DNA of 64,000 nucleotides from a bacterium (GTDB taxonomy: Bacteria > SAR324 > NAC60-12): positions 96,001-160,000 of the forward strand of contig CBDBHR010000027.1 in the NCBI GenBank assembly GCA_965205865.1, written 5' to 3'. Both the position numbers and the translations under genes were made by a program. Below, one piece after another: positions 20,461 through 30,903 of the stretch. How positions within the stretch are numbered: position 1 is the first letter of the stretch; each line of letters begins with the position of its first letter. The notes beneath the pieces were generated by a model. It did not search any database and had not been told where the DNA came from. It worked only from the letters and a program-made list of their open reading frames with translations.

Positions 20461-20866
20461 AACTTGCTATAGGCTTTGCGCCGCGTAGTAGTGCTGAAAT
20501 CATGCCTTGTTGTTTCAGGGAAGGAGAGGATTTCCGCTCGTTTGATTCAAAATTGGCTGTGGGAGGGTTCCCGCTCGATCGATTGAACAATACCCCGGGA
20601 GGATGTGAAAACGATGGATTCTTCCCGGGAATCTTTTTTCAACGTTATTGAACTGAACGGCTTCTGACTGTCCCCGGATTTGAGCAGATTTATTGATTTT
20701 TTTTTTTGCGAATCCCGAATTTATTTTGCCTCAGGGGGTTGACATTGCATTTCATTGTGTTATAAACATGCCTTCGTTAAGTTGTGTTAATAAAAGAGAG
20801 GGTTTCCGATCGATTGAACAATATCGTGAGAGCACTTGAAAACGATCGATCCTCCCCGGGAATCTT
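20429..20866 (+). repeat. About 440-bp upstream block, duplicated in inverted orientation at 34993-35432
   Basis: Long identical stretches, e.g. CCTCCATTGTTGCGCAATTCTCCTGATCCAAACTTGCTATAGG. Confidence 0.9.
20739..20766 (+). promoter_or_regulatory. Sigma70-type promoter upstream of an SBP gene
   Basis: TTGACA-16 bp-TATAAA with extended TG; conserved in the second copy. Confidence 0.7.
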
Positions 20867-21091
20867 TTTTAATGATATTTAACTAAAAGGGTTTTTCAGA
20901 GACCTGAATAGTTGCGCTCTATCATAAGAAAGGTCATCATGAATATTAAACAATTCCTGGCCCCTATCTTGGGGCTAAACGTGGCAGGCATCGTGTCTGT
21001 TGCGAAAAAGTTTGTCCTCGCGAAAGCGGGGGTCCGATTCGCTCAATGGTATAGCGAATCTTCTTATTTCAGTTCAAGTGTAGGAGGAATC

Positions 21092-22864
21092 ATGGAAAAA
21101 AGTAAAACAAGAAAAATCCAATCATTGTTGTTAACCCTCATCCTGATGGTGGCTGCCTGCTGGGTCGTCCCGTCAGCCGCAATCGCGCAAGAGATGGTCA
21201 AAGACCCCGCAACCGGTGAAATGGTGCAGGCCCCACGATATGGCGGGACATTCACCCTTTCCGGGAAGTTCGAGCCGCCGCATACTGACATCTGGTTCGG
21301 GAGTGCTTCGTCGGCAGTACCTCTCAGTGCTGTTCTGGACAGGCTGGGTGTCGCAGACTGGGCAGTCGATCAGAATATATGGGACCACACATCTGACGTC
21401 TCGGCGGCCGCTCCCCTAAGAGGGCAACTGGCCGAAAGCTGGGAGACGCCCGACGCCACTACGATCATCTTCCACATTCGCCAAGGCGTGCACTGGCATA
21501 ATAAGGCACCGATGAATGGGAGAGAATTGACGGTCAAGGACGTCGAATTTCACTTTCACCGTCTCTTGGGTCTGGGTAGCGGTTTCACCGAAACGATGCA
21601 AGGCGCCGGCGATTTTGTCGATTTGCCCTGGAATTCGGTAACGGCCACCGACGATGGGACAGTTGTTTTTAAGCTGAAGCAGCCAAACCTCGATGCGCTC
21701 TCTAAGCTATTAAGCCACTGGGTAACAAGCGTAATGCCCCCCGAGGTCATCAAAGAACACGGCGACGTGAAGAATTGGAGGAACCTGGTGGGCACCGGGC
21801 CCTTCGAGATGAAGGACTGGGTCGAGGGCAGCTCTCTGCACTATACCAAGAATCCGGACTACTGGGGCCACGACGAAAAATACCCGGAAAACCGCCTGCC
21901 CTATGTGGACGAGGTGATTGTCAGGATCTTCCCGGATGAAGCAACAATTTTAGCGGCGCTGCGCTCCCGTAAGATTGATTATACGGGTGTGTACGAACAA
22001 GGGGCAATAGCGTCGCGCGACCAGATAGATAGTCTCCAAAAGACCAACCCCGAATTGGTGATGTCCCATTGGTATAATCGGTCGGAGACGTCTTTTGGTC
22101 TGAACCTGAAAATGCCGCCCTTTGATGACATCCGGGTGCGCCGGGCCATGCAGATGGCCCTGGACCTGGAGACCATCAACAATACCTACTATAAGGGGAC
22201 GGCGAAGCATACCCCGATGGGGTGGCAGAGAACCCCGGGGAGTTTCATCCCCTTTGCAGAGTGGCCCGAAGAGATCAAACAATACCATCAGTATGACCCC
22301 GAAGGGGCGAAGAAGCTGCTGGCTGAAGCGGGCTATCCCAATGGTTTCAAGACCGTCTACCACCACTACACCCCCTTCGATTTGAACTACTATGAAATAG
22401 CCAATCAATACTTCAGAGAGATTGGCGTTGAGGTAAAGACAAGGCTCGTCGACCGATCCGGTCTGTTCGGTTTAATCAGAAGTGGTGATTATGAAGGGAT
22501 GGTCACGGCGATTCAGGGCGTTGCCTGGGGCAATATGAACCCCATATCAATGAATCACTCATCGAGGGCTGGGTCCGATTGCTGCAACTACGGCGGAACT
22601 GCGGATCCGGATTATGATGCCATCGTTGATGCCGCTGCAGCCGCAAACACCTTTGAGGAGCAGCAGAGGCTGACGAGAGAGGCAGATTGGTACGGGATCG
22701 AAAGTGCGTGGCTTATCTGGGGTCCTATCAGCCCATCGTTTGTCGTGGTCCAGCCTTGGCTCAAAGGGTTTAACGGGGAAAATCAGTTGGGGGTGATCGA
22801 CTATCACCGGGTGCACGCCCGCATCTGGATTGATCAGGAGCTGAAGCAAGAAATGGGGCATTAG
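21092..22864 (+). CDS. ABC transporter substrate-binding protein (family 5), intact
   Basis: GGAGG RBS; signal peptide ending AIA-QE; PRYGGT, VGTGPF and PPFDDIRVRRAM motifs. Confidence 0.93.
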   Translation: MEKSKTRKIQSLLLTLILMVAACWVVPSAAIAQEMVKDPATGEMVQAPRYGGTFTLSGKFEPPHTDIWFGSASSAVPLSAVLDRLGVADWAVDQNIWDHTSDVSAAAPLRGQLAESWETPDATTIIFHIRQGVHWHNKAPMNGRELTVKDVEFHFHRLLGLGSGFTETMQGAGDFVDLPWNSVTATDDGTVVFKLKQPNLDALSKLLSHWVTSVMPPEVIKEHGDVKNWRNLVGTGPFEMKDWVEGSSLHYTKNPDYWGHDEKYPENRLPYVDEVIVRIFPDEATILAALRSRKIDYTGVYEQGAIASRDQIDSLQKTNPELVMSHWYNRSETSFGLNLKMPPFDDIRVRRAMQMALDLETINNTYYKGTAKHTPMGWQRTPGSFIPFAEWPEEIKQYHQYDPEGAKKLLAEAGYPNGFKTVYHHYTPFDLNYYEIANQYFREIGVEVKTRLVDRSGLFGLIRSGDYEGMVTAIQGVAWGNMNPISMNHSSRAGSDCCNYGGTADPDYDAIVDAAAAANTFEEQQRLTREADWYGIESAWLIWGPISPSFVVVQPWLKGFNGENQLGVIDYHRVHARIWIDQELKQEMGH

Positions 22865-22894
22865 TACAGGTGTCACGAAGAAATTGAACTTCTT

Positions 22895-22975
22895 TGCGTC
22901 TTCCCGGACTTGATCCGGGATCCAGGAGTTTATGGGTAGGTCCCCTGGATTCCCGGGCAGGCCTGGAATGACGCA
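22895..22975. repeat. Inverted dimer of GTC-tagged REP-like palindromes
   Basis: GCGTCTTCCCGGACTTGATCCGGGATCCAGG ... CCTGGATTCCCGGGCAGGCCTGGAATGACGC. Confidence 0.85.
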
Positions 22976-23022
22976 TCCAACTAAATATCCGCTCCTTTAA
23001 TTTGGGTCATTGATCATGATAA

Positions 23023-23180
23023 GGAATGAAATTTAAATAAGTTAGAAGTATGGATACGCAAAATTAGGGGACACGTATCAGCAGGCATAAAACAGTAGAG
23101 TTGGGATGCGCAGCGGTGTACATGTCCCCCAATTTTGCTCACACCATTGGAAGAATTACAGGTTATTTAAGGTTTGTTCC
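23023..23180 (-). mobile_element. MITE family B, copy 2 (158 bp)
   Basis: Reverse complement of 13044-13201; TAA on both sides. Confidence 0.85.
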
Positions 23181-23436
23181 TAAGTTAAATCGTTTCCATG
23201 TTGACGTGGGAACAACAATATTGGCCGCTTTGCAGTTTATAGGCCGTGAAGCGGTCGAGTTTGTATTCCAACAAAAAGCCCTGGAAATTCGGGGACAGTT
23301 AAAAATATTTATCTTTAGGTCTCCCTGGTTTCCTGGTTCTCGATTCTTATTTGGTGATGGCTTCCGCGTTTCTTAAAATACGCTCATCTGCCAAAGAGCG
23401 ATCACTCAGAATATGCTCTCGAAATCTTTCTAAATA

Positions 23437-23652
23437 ACTTGAGATCGACATAAATCTTCAATAATATGAGTATCCTAGTGTATATGTCATCCTCACGAAA
23501 CTTGTCCCCGCGAAAGCGGAGAGCGGGGATCCGGATTTCAGTCTGGCTGCATACCTCTGGATTCCTGCTTTCGCAGGAATGACAAGGTTTCTCTAAGATA
23601 TGAAGATTCCATAACATATGGAATTTATTAAATTCTTATCTCGAACTCAGGT
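23437..23652 (-). mobile_element. MITE family A, copy 2 (216 bp)
   Basis: Same TIRs as copy 1; TAAATA duplication. Confidence 0.9.
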
Positions 23653-23699
23653 TAAATAACATTTCCCGTATCGTTCTGAGATGGGGTGACTCTGCCGTT

Positions 23700-26123
23700 C
23701 TATTTTCTCCGGTCCAGCAAGATCATCATGGCGGGTGCGATTAGAAAATCCGCCAGCAAGGCCAAGAGGATGGTCATTGCGGTCAGCCATCCGAAGTAGA
23801 AGAGATTTTTCATCGGAGAGAACATAAACAAGCCAAATCCGCAGGACAAAACCAGCGTGGTCAGCAACATCGCCCTTCCGGCTGTCTGTAAAGTAAGATG
23901 AACAGCTTCCGTGGGAGAACCGGTTTCTTCGAGGTAGCGGCGATAATTGTGCATGAAGTGGATGGTGTCATCGACCACCAGACCAATGGCGATGCTGCCA
24001 ATCAGCATGGAAAACATGTCCATCGGAATCTGCAACCACCCCATCATGCCAAGGGTAAAAAGAATGGGGAACAGGTTGGGAAACATGCTGAGCAGTCCCA
24101 TTTTCCAACTGTGGAGCAACAGTATCATCAACAATGAAATCAAAATTCCGGCAATTATGTAGCTGATAAGCGTACTGCGCATCATCAAATCAATGGAAGT
24201 CGTCAACAAGTAAAGCAATCCGGTTGTGGTAACCACGACTTGGGGACCGAATTCTTTGGCAAAGCGGGCCTCCATGTCAGCGACAAATTTCACATAATAA
24301 GCCGCATTGTCCCATGGTACCTTCAATGAAAATCGAGCTGTACGAAACTGGCTATCGACGACGTCCTGCAGCGCATCACTTCCGCTGTTTTCGAAAAGAA
24401 GAAATTCTTGGGCAATCAGTTGGGGATCATCAGGGATGGCGTAATAGTCGTCCTGGTTGTTGCGCAACGCCTTATTGATTTCTTTGAGGACGTGCGACAG
24501 CGTGATCACGCTGCCGACAAAACTTTCTTCGTTTTCACGTTGATACGACCTGGCATACTCAGCCATGGCGTCCAAGTGATTGAGCAAGTCGGGGTCGTGA
24601 AATCCGTTTTCCTTGCCGGAATCGATTAAAAACTCCAACATGATCGATCCTTGCATGCGTTGATCGATCCAGTCACTGGCGATACGCACCGGATCCTCGA
24701 GAGCAAACCAAGTCACCGGATTGTGGGCAAATCGAATCTGGGGGATACCTGTGATGAAAAAAAGCGTCATCCCGATGCTCACCAGAAGAATTTTAATGGG
24801 ATGCCGGCTGGAAAATTCAGCAAACCCCCTCAACAAGCGATCAATGAATCCCCGGGACTGGTTGTGGTGACCAGATTTGTTTTCTTTGATGGGGACCAGG
24901 GCAATCAAGGTGGGCAGGAAGAGCAAGGTGACGAGCAAACAAAGCATTACCCCTGCCCCGGCAAAAATACCAAGATCGGCAACCGGGGCGACTTCCGCCC
25001 TGGCAAATGACCATAAACCGACCGCCGTGGTCAGGCTGGTCATTACGACGGGCAGGGCGGAATGCGACATTGCCGCCACCATCGCCTCTTCTTTACCGCG
25101 CCCTTTTCTGATTTCCACAAAGAACAAGGCGAGGATGTGCACGGATGCTCCGATTCCCACGGCAAGCAGAAAAGAAGGAAGGATCTGGCTTGGCAGTTTG
25201 ATCGCCTTGTCGAAAATACTCATCAAACTCAAGGTACTGACCAGAGAGCAAATGACGATGAGAAGGGGGAGAACCGTTCCTGAAATATGGCGCAGCAGCA
25301 AAAAAAGAAAGATTGCGATACTGAGGATGGCCAAGGTCATGAACCGTTGTAAGTTTCTTATTAAATTGCGCTTGAGGTTGTCAATGACAATCGGTGAGCC
25401 GGCCAATAGAATTTGAAAATCATCGCCTTCATATCGATGAATGATGTCTTTCACCACCTGCAATAGATGGTGGATCTGTTCATCCGTAAGCAGTTGCGAG
25501 TCCTCACCGCTATGATCCGTCTCGACAGAATCGCTCACCGGACCGGTTTCATCGGAAATGAGAAAGCCCTCCTCTTCATCCGTGGCTTGATAAAGACTGG
25601 TTCTCAAGGTCATGGTGGTCACGGTTCCATCTTCGGAAATCAGCAAATTTTTATAGATCCTGTTCGACATCACCCGTTCTCGGACCCTGCTGAACTCTTC
25701 CTCGCTTCCGGGAAACTCTTCCAGCAAATCCTCCACAATCAATTCGTCCGCTTCTCCATAAGTGGACCGGGCATTGAGCAAGCTGGTTATTTCTTCCAGA
25801 AAAGGCACATGCTCTTCAAGCTCTTCATGTAGATTTCTGAGGCGAGTGAGGAAGGATTCGGAAAATATTTGCTCGGATTCGATAGCCAGCAGGATCACCT
25901 CGTCGCGGCCAAAGTCCTCGCGAAATTGTTCATAGGCTTGCAATACCGGATCATTCTGGTGGAAAAATCCTTCCGTCGAGGTGTCGATCTTTATCTGGGG
26001 AAGTTGACTCCAGAGCATGGCAAACAAGACCATCCAAGCAGCCAGAATTGATTTGGGATGACGGAATTGGAAACGGGTCAATACGGCAAAGAATAATTCC
26101 AATCGTTTTCTGGAAATTTTCAT
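23700..26123 (-). CDS. MMPL/RND-family transporter
   Basis: Two TM repeats; TSLTTAVG and IAIGLVVDDTIHF motifs. Confidence 0.92.
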   Translation of the reverse strand: MKISRKRLELFFAVLTRFQFRHPKSILAAWMVLFAMLWSQLPQIKIDTSTEGFFHQNDPVLQAYEQFREDFGRDEVILLAIESEQIFSESFLTRLRNLHEELEEHVPFLEEITSLLNARSTYGEADELIVEDLLEEFPGSEEEFSRVRERVMSNRIYKNLLISEDGTVTTMTLRTSLYQATDEEEGFLISDETGPVSDSVETDHSGEDSQLLTDEQIHHLLQVVKDIIHRYEGDDFQILLAGSPIVIDNLKRNLIRNLQRFMTLAILSIAIFLFLLLRHISGTVLPLLIVICSLVSTLSLMSIFDKAIKLPSQILPSFLLAVGIGASVHILALFFVEIRKGRGKEEAMVAAMSHSALPVVMTSLTTAVGLWSFARAEVAPVADLGIFAGAGVMLCLLVTLLFLPTLIALVPIKENKSGHHNQSRGFIDRLLRGFAEFSSRHPIKILLVSIGMTLFFITGIPQIRFAHNPVTWFALEDPVRIASDWIDQRMQGSIMLEFLIDSGKENGFHDPDLLNHLDAMAEYARSYQRENEESFVGSVITLSHVLKEINKALRNNQDDYYAIPDDPQLIAQEFLLFENSGSDALQDVVDSQFRTARFSLKVPWDNAAYYVKFVADMEARFAKEFGPQVVVTTTGLLYLLTTSIDLMMRSTLISYIIAGILISLLMILLLHSWKMGLLSMFPNLFPILFTLGMMGWLQIPMDMFSMLIGSIAIGLVVDDTIHFMHNYRRYLEETGSPTEAVHLTLQTAGRAMLLTTLVLSCGFGLFMFSPMKNLFYFGWLTAMTILLALLADFLIAPAMMILLDRRK

Positions 26124-26140
26124 ATCCCTTCCCCGCAGCT

Positions 26141-26412
26141 CCTCACGCCTGGCCCCTCCCTCGAAGAGAAGGAGATTCTCGGTTACACGGAAAAATGGAG
26201 TTCTTTGTCACTCCTCCCTGCGACACCTCACCCCCGGCCCCTCCGTCAAGGGGATGGGGATTCTCGGTTACATGATCTTACTCTAATGCGGATAGTGCAC
26301 CCACGATTTAATGTGGATAGCGCATCCACGAGGGGAGGGGGATTCTCTGTTGCATGATCTTACTCAATGCGAATTGCGCTTCCACGAGAGGAGCGGTATT
26401 CTCTGTTTAGCG
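26141..26412. repeat. Mosaic of degenerate CCTCACCCC..CCCTC/GGGGAGGGG palindromes and tandem GATTCTC.GTT.CATGATCTTACTC units
   Basis: Four ATTCTC(G/T)GTT units and two AATG(C/T)GGATAG(T/C)GCA(C/T)CCACGA units. Confidence 0.7.
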
Positions 26413-26420
26413 GTTGCCAA

Positions 26421-28697
26421 TCATTCCGATCCATTGTGTTTATTCAACGAATCGAGAACTGCCACGGGAGACATGGGCAAATCCCGCATGCGCAGACCGG
26501 TTGCGTCATGAATGGCGTTGGCAATGGCAGCAAGCGGAGGGACAATGCCTACCTCACCGACGCCTCTGACTCCATAAGGATGCGAGGGGTTGGGCACTTC
26601 TACGATAACGGTATCGATCATGGGGAGATCCGAAGCGACTGGAATGCGGTAATCCAGGAAGCTTGGGTTTTCCATGTTTCCTTTTTCGTCAAGGATGTAC
26701 TCCTCGTTGAGCGCCCAACCTATGCCCTGCGCAACTCCTCCTTGCATCTGTCCTTCCACGTAGCTGGGATGAATGGCAGTACCGGCATCCTGCGCCGTGG
26801 TGTATCTCAAAATAGTCACCTTTCCCGTTTCAGGATCGACTTCGACGTCACACACTTGAGTGGAGAATGCGGGACCCACCCCCCTGCTGGCCTGCAGGGA
26901 TTTTGTCGCCGAGATTGGCCCTCCCGTCTGTTTTGCCACGGCAGTGATCTCGGCCAATGCCAACGGGGGTTCATTGCCGATTTTATGGTGAGCGCCGCCT
27001 TCGATCCATTCCACGTCCTCGACGTCGCAATCCCACATGATAGCAGCCCGTTCGCGCAATTGCTTAACGATAAGGCGACAGGCTTCCACCACCGCCATTC
27101 CCGTTGAGAAGGTAACCCGGCTGCCCCCGGTGACGTCGGTGTACCCGACGGACTCGGTGTCCGCAACCAGCGGTTGGATGGATTGGACGTCAATTCCCAA
27201 CTCCTCGGCAGCCATCAATGCCATCGAAACACGACTTCCCCCAATATCCGGACTGCCAGTTATTACGCTGGCAGTGCCATTTTCATTGAGATTGACGATT
27301 GCCGAGGAAGCTTCTCCTCCATTGGGCCAGAACCCACTTGCCACACCTCGTCCCTGGTTGGGGGCCAATGGGCTTTTGTAATGGGGATGATTACGAATGG
27401 CTTGCAGAGTTTCCTTGAATCCGATACGGGCGAATACCGGCCCGTCAGGTCGGCGGCAACCTTCTTCCACCGCATTGATCATACGCAATTCAATCGGATC
27501 GATTTTGAGCTCATGGGCGATCTCATCCAGGATAGAATCGGTGGCAAAGGCGCCCATGGGTGATGAGGGCGCGCGGTAAGCCATATTGACGGGTTTGTTG
27601 ACCACCACGTCGAATCCTTCGATCTTAAAGTTGGGAATATTGTAGGGAGTGAAGACGCACATGGCGCCCGCCCGCGCCCATGACCCGGGAAAGCCTCCAC
27701 TTTCATAGGCAAACCAGGCTTTGCCCGCAGTGATTTTTCCGTCTTTGCGCACTCCCAATTTGACCCGGAATTTGGTGGCGGGAGTTGGTCCGGTAGCCTG
27801 AAAGACTTCACTGCGACTCATCACCAGTTTCACCGGACGCTTTGTTTTTTCTGAAAGCTTCACTGCCAAAGGTTCGAGATAGATGGTGGTTTTCCCTCCG
27901 AATCCACCGCCAATTTCGGCTGGCGTCACTTTGATACGAGAGTTCTCCCAACCCAACATCCTCGCCGTTGCCGAACGTACCATGAAGTGTCCTTGCGACG
28001 AACACCATATATCTGAGCGGCCGTCTTTGCTGGTATCTGCTACGGCAGCATGCGGTTCAATGTAACCCTGGTGCACCACCTTGGTGGAGAATTCCCGTTC
28101 GATCACCAAATCCGCATCTGCAAATCCGGCCTCGAGATCTCCACGTTCATGCAAAGTTCGTTTGCTGACGTTTGACGCTTTGGTCGGCATGGGGTCGGCT
28201 CCTTCGGTTATCAAGTCGTCGTGAAGCAGGGGCGCGTTTTCCGCCATGGCTTCATCGATGTTGAGCACCGGAGGGAGTTGCTCGTATTCGACCACGATTT
28301 TCTCGACAGCCGCTTTGGCCTGGCGCCGGGTACGAGCCGCCACCGCAGCGAGCACCTGCCCTTCGTAAAGTACTTTGTCGCGTGCCATCAAATTGCGGGA
28401 GACATAGTCCTGGCGACCAGGTACCGGAAAGTCCTTTGCGGTGATGACTGCTTCCACCCCTGGCATGGCTTCAGCTGACGTTGTATCAATCGAGAGGATT
28501 CGCGCGTGGGCATAGGGGGATCGTAAGACCTGTCCTGTCAACATCCTGGGCAATATCAAGTCCGCGGCAAAACGAGCGCGACCGGTCACCTTGTCGAGCC
28601 CATCGTGGCGTACCGGGCGAGTTCCCACCCACTTGTAAGGGGTTTGCGAGGGGGAAACCCCTGCGGTTGCCATTTGTTCTTCATTTGCAATCGTCAT
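26421..28697 (-). CDS. Xanthine dehydrogenase-family molybdopterin-binding subunit
   Basis: GGGFGGK, AYRAP, EGQMQGGVAQGIGWAL and GVRGVGE motifs. Confidence 0.93.
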   Translation of the reverse strand: MTIANEEQMATAGVSPSQTPYKWVGTRPVRHDGLDKVTGRARFAADLILPRMLTGQVLRSPYAHARILSIDTTSAEAMPGVEAVITAKDFPVPGRQDYVSRNLMARDKVLYEGQVLAAVAARTRRQAKAAVEKIVVEYEQLPPVLNIDEAMAENAPLLHDDLITEGADPMPTKASNVSKRTLHERGDLEAGFADADLVIEREFSTKVVHQGYIEPHAAVADTSKDGRSDIWCSSQGHFMVRSATARMLGWENSRIKVTPAEIGGGFGGKTTIYLEPLAVKLSEKTKRPVKLVMSRSEVFQATGPTPATKFRVKLGVRKDGKITAGKAWFAYESGGFPGSWARAGAMCVFTPYNIPNFKIEGFDVVVNKPVNMAYRAPSSPMGAFATDSILDEIAHELKIDPIELRMINAVEEGCRRPDGPVFARIGFKETLQAIRNHPHYKSPLAPNQGRGVASGFWPNGGEASSAIVNLNENGTASVITGSPDIGGSRVSMALMAAEELGIDVQSIQPLVADTESVGYTDVTGGSRVTFSTGMAVVEACRLIVKQLRERAAIMWDCDVEDVEWIEGGAHHKIGNEPPLALAEITAVAKQTGGPISATKSLQASRGVGPAFSTQVCDVEVDPETGKVTILRYTTAQDAGTAIHPSYVEGQMQGGVAQGIGWALNEEYILDEKGNMENPSFLDYRIPVASDLPMIDTVIVEVPNPSHPYGVRGVGEVGIVPPLAAIANAIHDATGLRMRDLPMSPVAVLDSLNKHNGSE

Positions 28698-28834
28698 TGT
28701 ATGTCTCCTTTTCTTTGAAAAATAAGCGAATTCTTGTCTTGAATTGATTCTGGTACAGTATCACGGAAATATGCAAAAATATTCACGATTCGACCTGCCA
28801 CTTATTTTTGCTCATCGAATCATCACTCCATTTT

Positions 28835-29524
28835 TCAGATCCGTGACGCAGACCACTGGATGCCTCGTTGCAAAAAGGAAATAAAATTCGTATTAACCCA
28901 CGTTTGATTGTCATGACCTGATTGCCAACAGAGAATGCGATGGCCTTTGTATTGCCGAGTCCAAGCCAACGTCCGCATGCTCTTGGGGTGATTGGTGGTC
29001 AGGAGAATTCGACTCTCGCAATCGGGGTCGTTCATCAGATAAAGTTCATCCGTCATCTGCCAATCCGCCATTCCCCGGGTTATCGGATGTTCCGCATGGG
29101 TCACGGTCACCGAAAGCGTTTCCGGATCGGTGACCTCTAATTGGTTGAGGTCCAGGCTCAGATCATGAATTCCCACCCACTGGTTCCAAACAGGCCATTC
29201 CGGGAATGCCAAAATTGAATGATGGAGAATGAAAATTCCCTGTCCGGATTGATCCAATTGTTCCAACGCAAACCTGGGTTTTCCCCTGAAGCCAGGGCCT
29301 TCATCGTGTGGCTCATCCAAGAGCATCGTATAAAAAAGAACAACCTCATAAAAGTCCCGTTCCGCGGGCGAAGAATTGGCGAAATCGTCCATATGCTGGA
29401 TGTAGGCATCGACCCCTTCCAATCCCCGAAAGAGACGATGAAGCCCCACCACGTCAAAAGAATGACCGCCCGTCACCACGGCAGTGGGAATTGGTTTGTT
29501 GGTTTGCGTTGCATTATTCGTCAT
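28835..29524 (-). CDS. ThuA-domain protein
   Basis: TGGHSFD, HPITRG, DELY and GHD motifs. Confidence 0.85.
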   Translation of the reverse strand: MTNNATQTNKPIPTAVVTGGHSFDVVGLHRLFRGLEGVDAYIQHMDDFANSSPAERDFYEVVLFYTMLLDEPHDEGPGFRGKPRFALEQLDQSGQGIFILHHSILAFPEWPVWNQWVGIHDLSLDLNQLEVTDPETLSVTVTHAEHPITRGMADWQMTDELYLMNDPDCESRILLTTNHPKSMRTLAWTRQYKGHRILCWQSGHDNQTWVNTNFISFLQRGIQWSASRI

Positions 29525-29562
29525 TTTTAACTCTCCTCGAGATATTTATGAATGGATACATA

Positions 29563-29756
29563 ACCTGAGTTCGAGATAAGAATTTAATAAATTCAATATG
29601 TTATGAAATCTTCATATCTAAGAGAAACCTTGTCATTCCTGCGAAAGCAGGAATCCAGAGATATGCAGCCAGACTGAAATCCGGATCTCCGCTTTCGCGA
29701 AGATGACATATACACCAGGATATTCATATTATTGAAGATTTATGTCGAACTCAGGT
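29563..29756 (+). mobile_element. MITE family A, copy 3 (194 bp, minimal form)
   Basis: Perfect TIR ACCTGAGTTCGA; TACATA duplication. Confidence 0.92.
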
Positions 29757-29953
29757 TACATAATTGTTTATATATTTGCATCACTTTAGAAGATTTGCAA
29801 ACTCTTGGTATTTTTGCCGGAAGAGGGATGAGCGCTACGGGTGGAAGTGGAGCAACGACGGCTCTGCTCGAGGAGAAGGGGGAGCAACTTGCGGGACTTG
29901 AATGAAAGGCTTATCCGCAGAATGAAACGTAAACCCTGATACCCTGGTTCCTT

Positions 29954-30853
29954 CTAAAGTTGAAACTTTAAATCAGATGTGAGCGCCCTGGCAAGCGCGT
30001 TGGCTTTTTCGGAGGAAATTGGTTTCAATGGCGGGCGCAGATTATGCCACTTGTTATTTCCAGTTCGCATTGCCAGCAAGGCTTTTTGAGCCGGGATGGG
30101 AGCATAATCCTGCAATAGAAGGCGCACCTTTTTGACTGTTTCATGCAGATTTTCCGCGTCCTCCCATTTTCCATTATGGCAGAGGGAAATCACCTTGCTG
30201 ATATCTCCCGGATTCAGATTTGCGGTTGCAGAAATACAGCCGGGCGCGCCAAGACGAATGGCATCGATCACAGGCAATTCCGCACCTGGATATACAATCA
30301 GCCCATTAATTCCCAATAGCGCCTTTGTATTCTCCCAGACCCCTGAGCTGTCCTTGATACCGGCAATGATGTCCGGATATGCCTGTTTCAGGCGTGACAC
30401 CAGTTCAATTGTCAGTGACACGCCAGAAACCTGAGGGATATGGTAGAGATAAATTTTCAATGTCGGGTCGTTAATCCGTTCAATCAACAGTTGATAATAA
30501 TCAAACAACCCTTCATCACTGACACCTTTAAAATAAAAGGGTGGAAGCATCAATATTCCGGCACAGCCCAATTCCAGCGCATGACGGCTCAGAGTCACCG
30601 TATCAGGCAAATTGCACAAACCTGTGCCGGGAATAATAAGATTCGGGTCAATGCCTGAAGCAATCAATCCTTCAAGGGCCTCGATCCGCTCTGAATTGCT
30701 GACGGACAATGCTTCACCGGTTGTACCAAATGGAGCCAATCCTGAACAGCCTGTTTCCAGCAATTGCGCTGCAAAATCGTTATACATGCCCTGGTCCAGA
30801 TTCAATTCATCATCAAATGGCGTCAAGACAGGTGCGATCAATCCTTTAATCAT
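29954..30853 (-). CDS. DapA/NanA-family aldolase
   Basis: GTTGE, YLYHIPQ and GIKDSSG motifs. Confidence 0.9.
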   Translation of the reverse strand: MIKGLIAPVLTPFDDELNLDQGMYNDFAAQLLETGCSGLAPFGTTGEALSVSNSERIEALEGLIASGIDPNLIIPGTGLCNLPDTVTLSRHALELGCAGILMLPPFYFKGVSDEGLFDYYQLLIERINDPTLKIYLYHIPQVSGVSLTIELVSRLKQAYPDIIAGIKDSSGVWENTKALLGINGLIVYPGAELPVIDAIRLGAPGCISATANLNPGDISKVISLCHNGKWEDAENLHETVKKVRLLLQDYAPIPAQKALLAMRTGNNKWHNLRPPLKPISSEKANALARALTSDLKFQL

Positions 30854-30903
30854 TTCAAATCAATTCAATTTCTATCTGAAGGTGGACAATTATTTCGCGA
30901 CCG

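Noticed and set aside
26421-28697. Aerobic CO dehydrogenase large subunit (form I coxL)
   Set aside because: The active-site loop is AYRAPS rather than AYxCSFR, and no coxM or coxS is adjacent.
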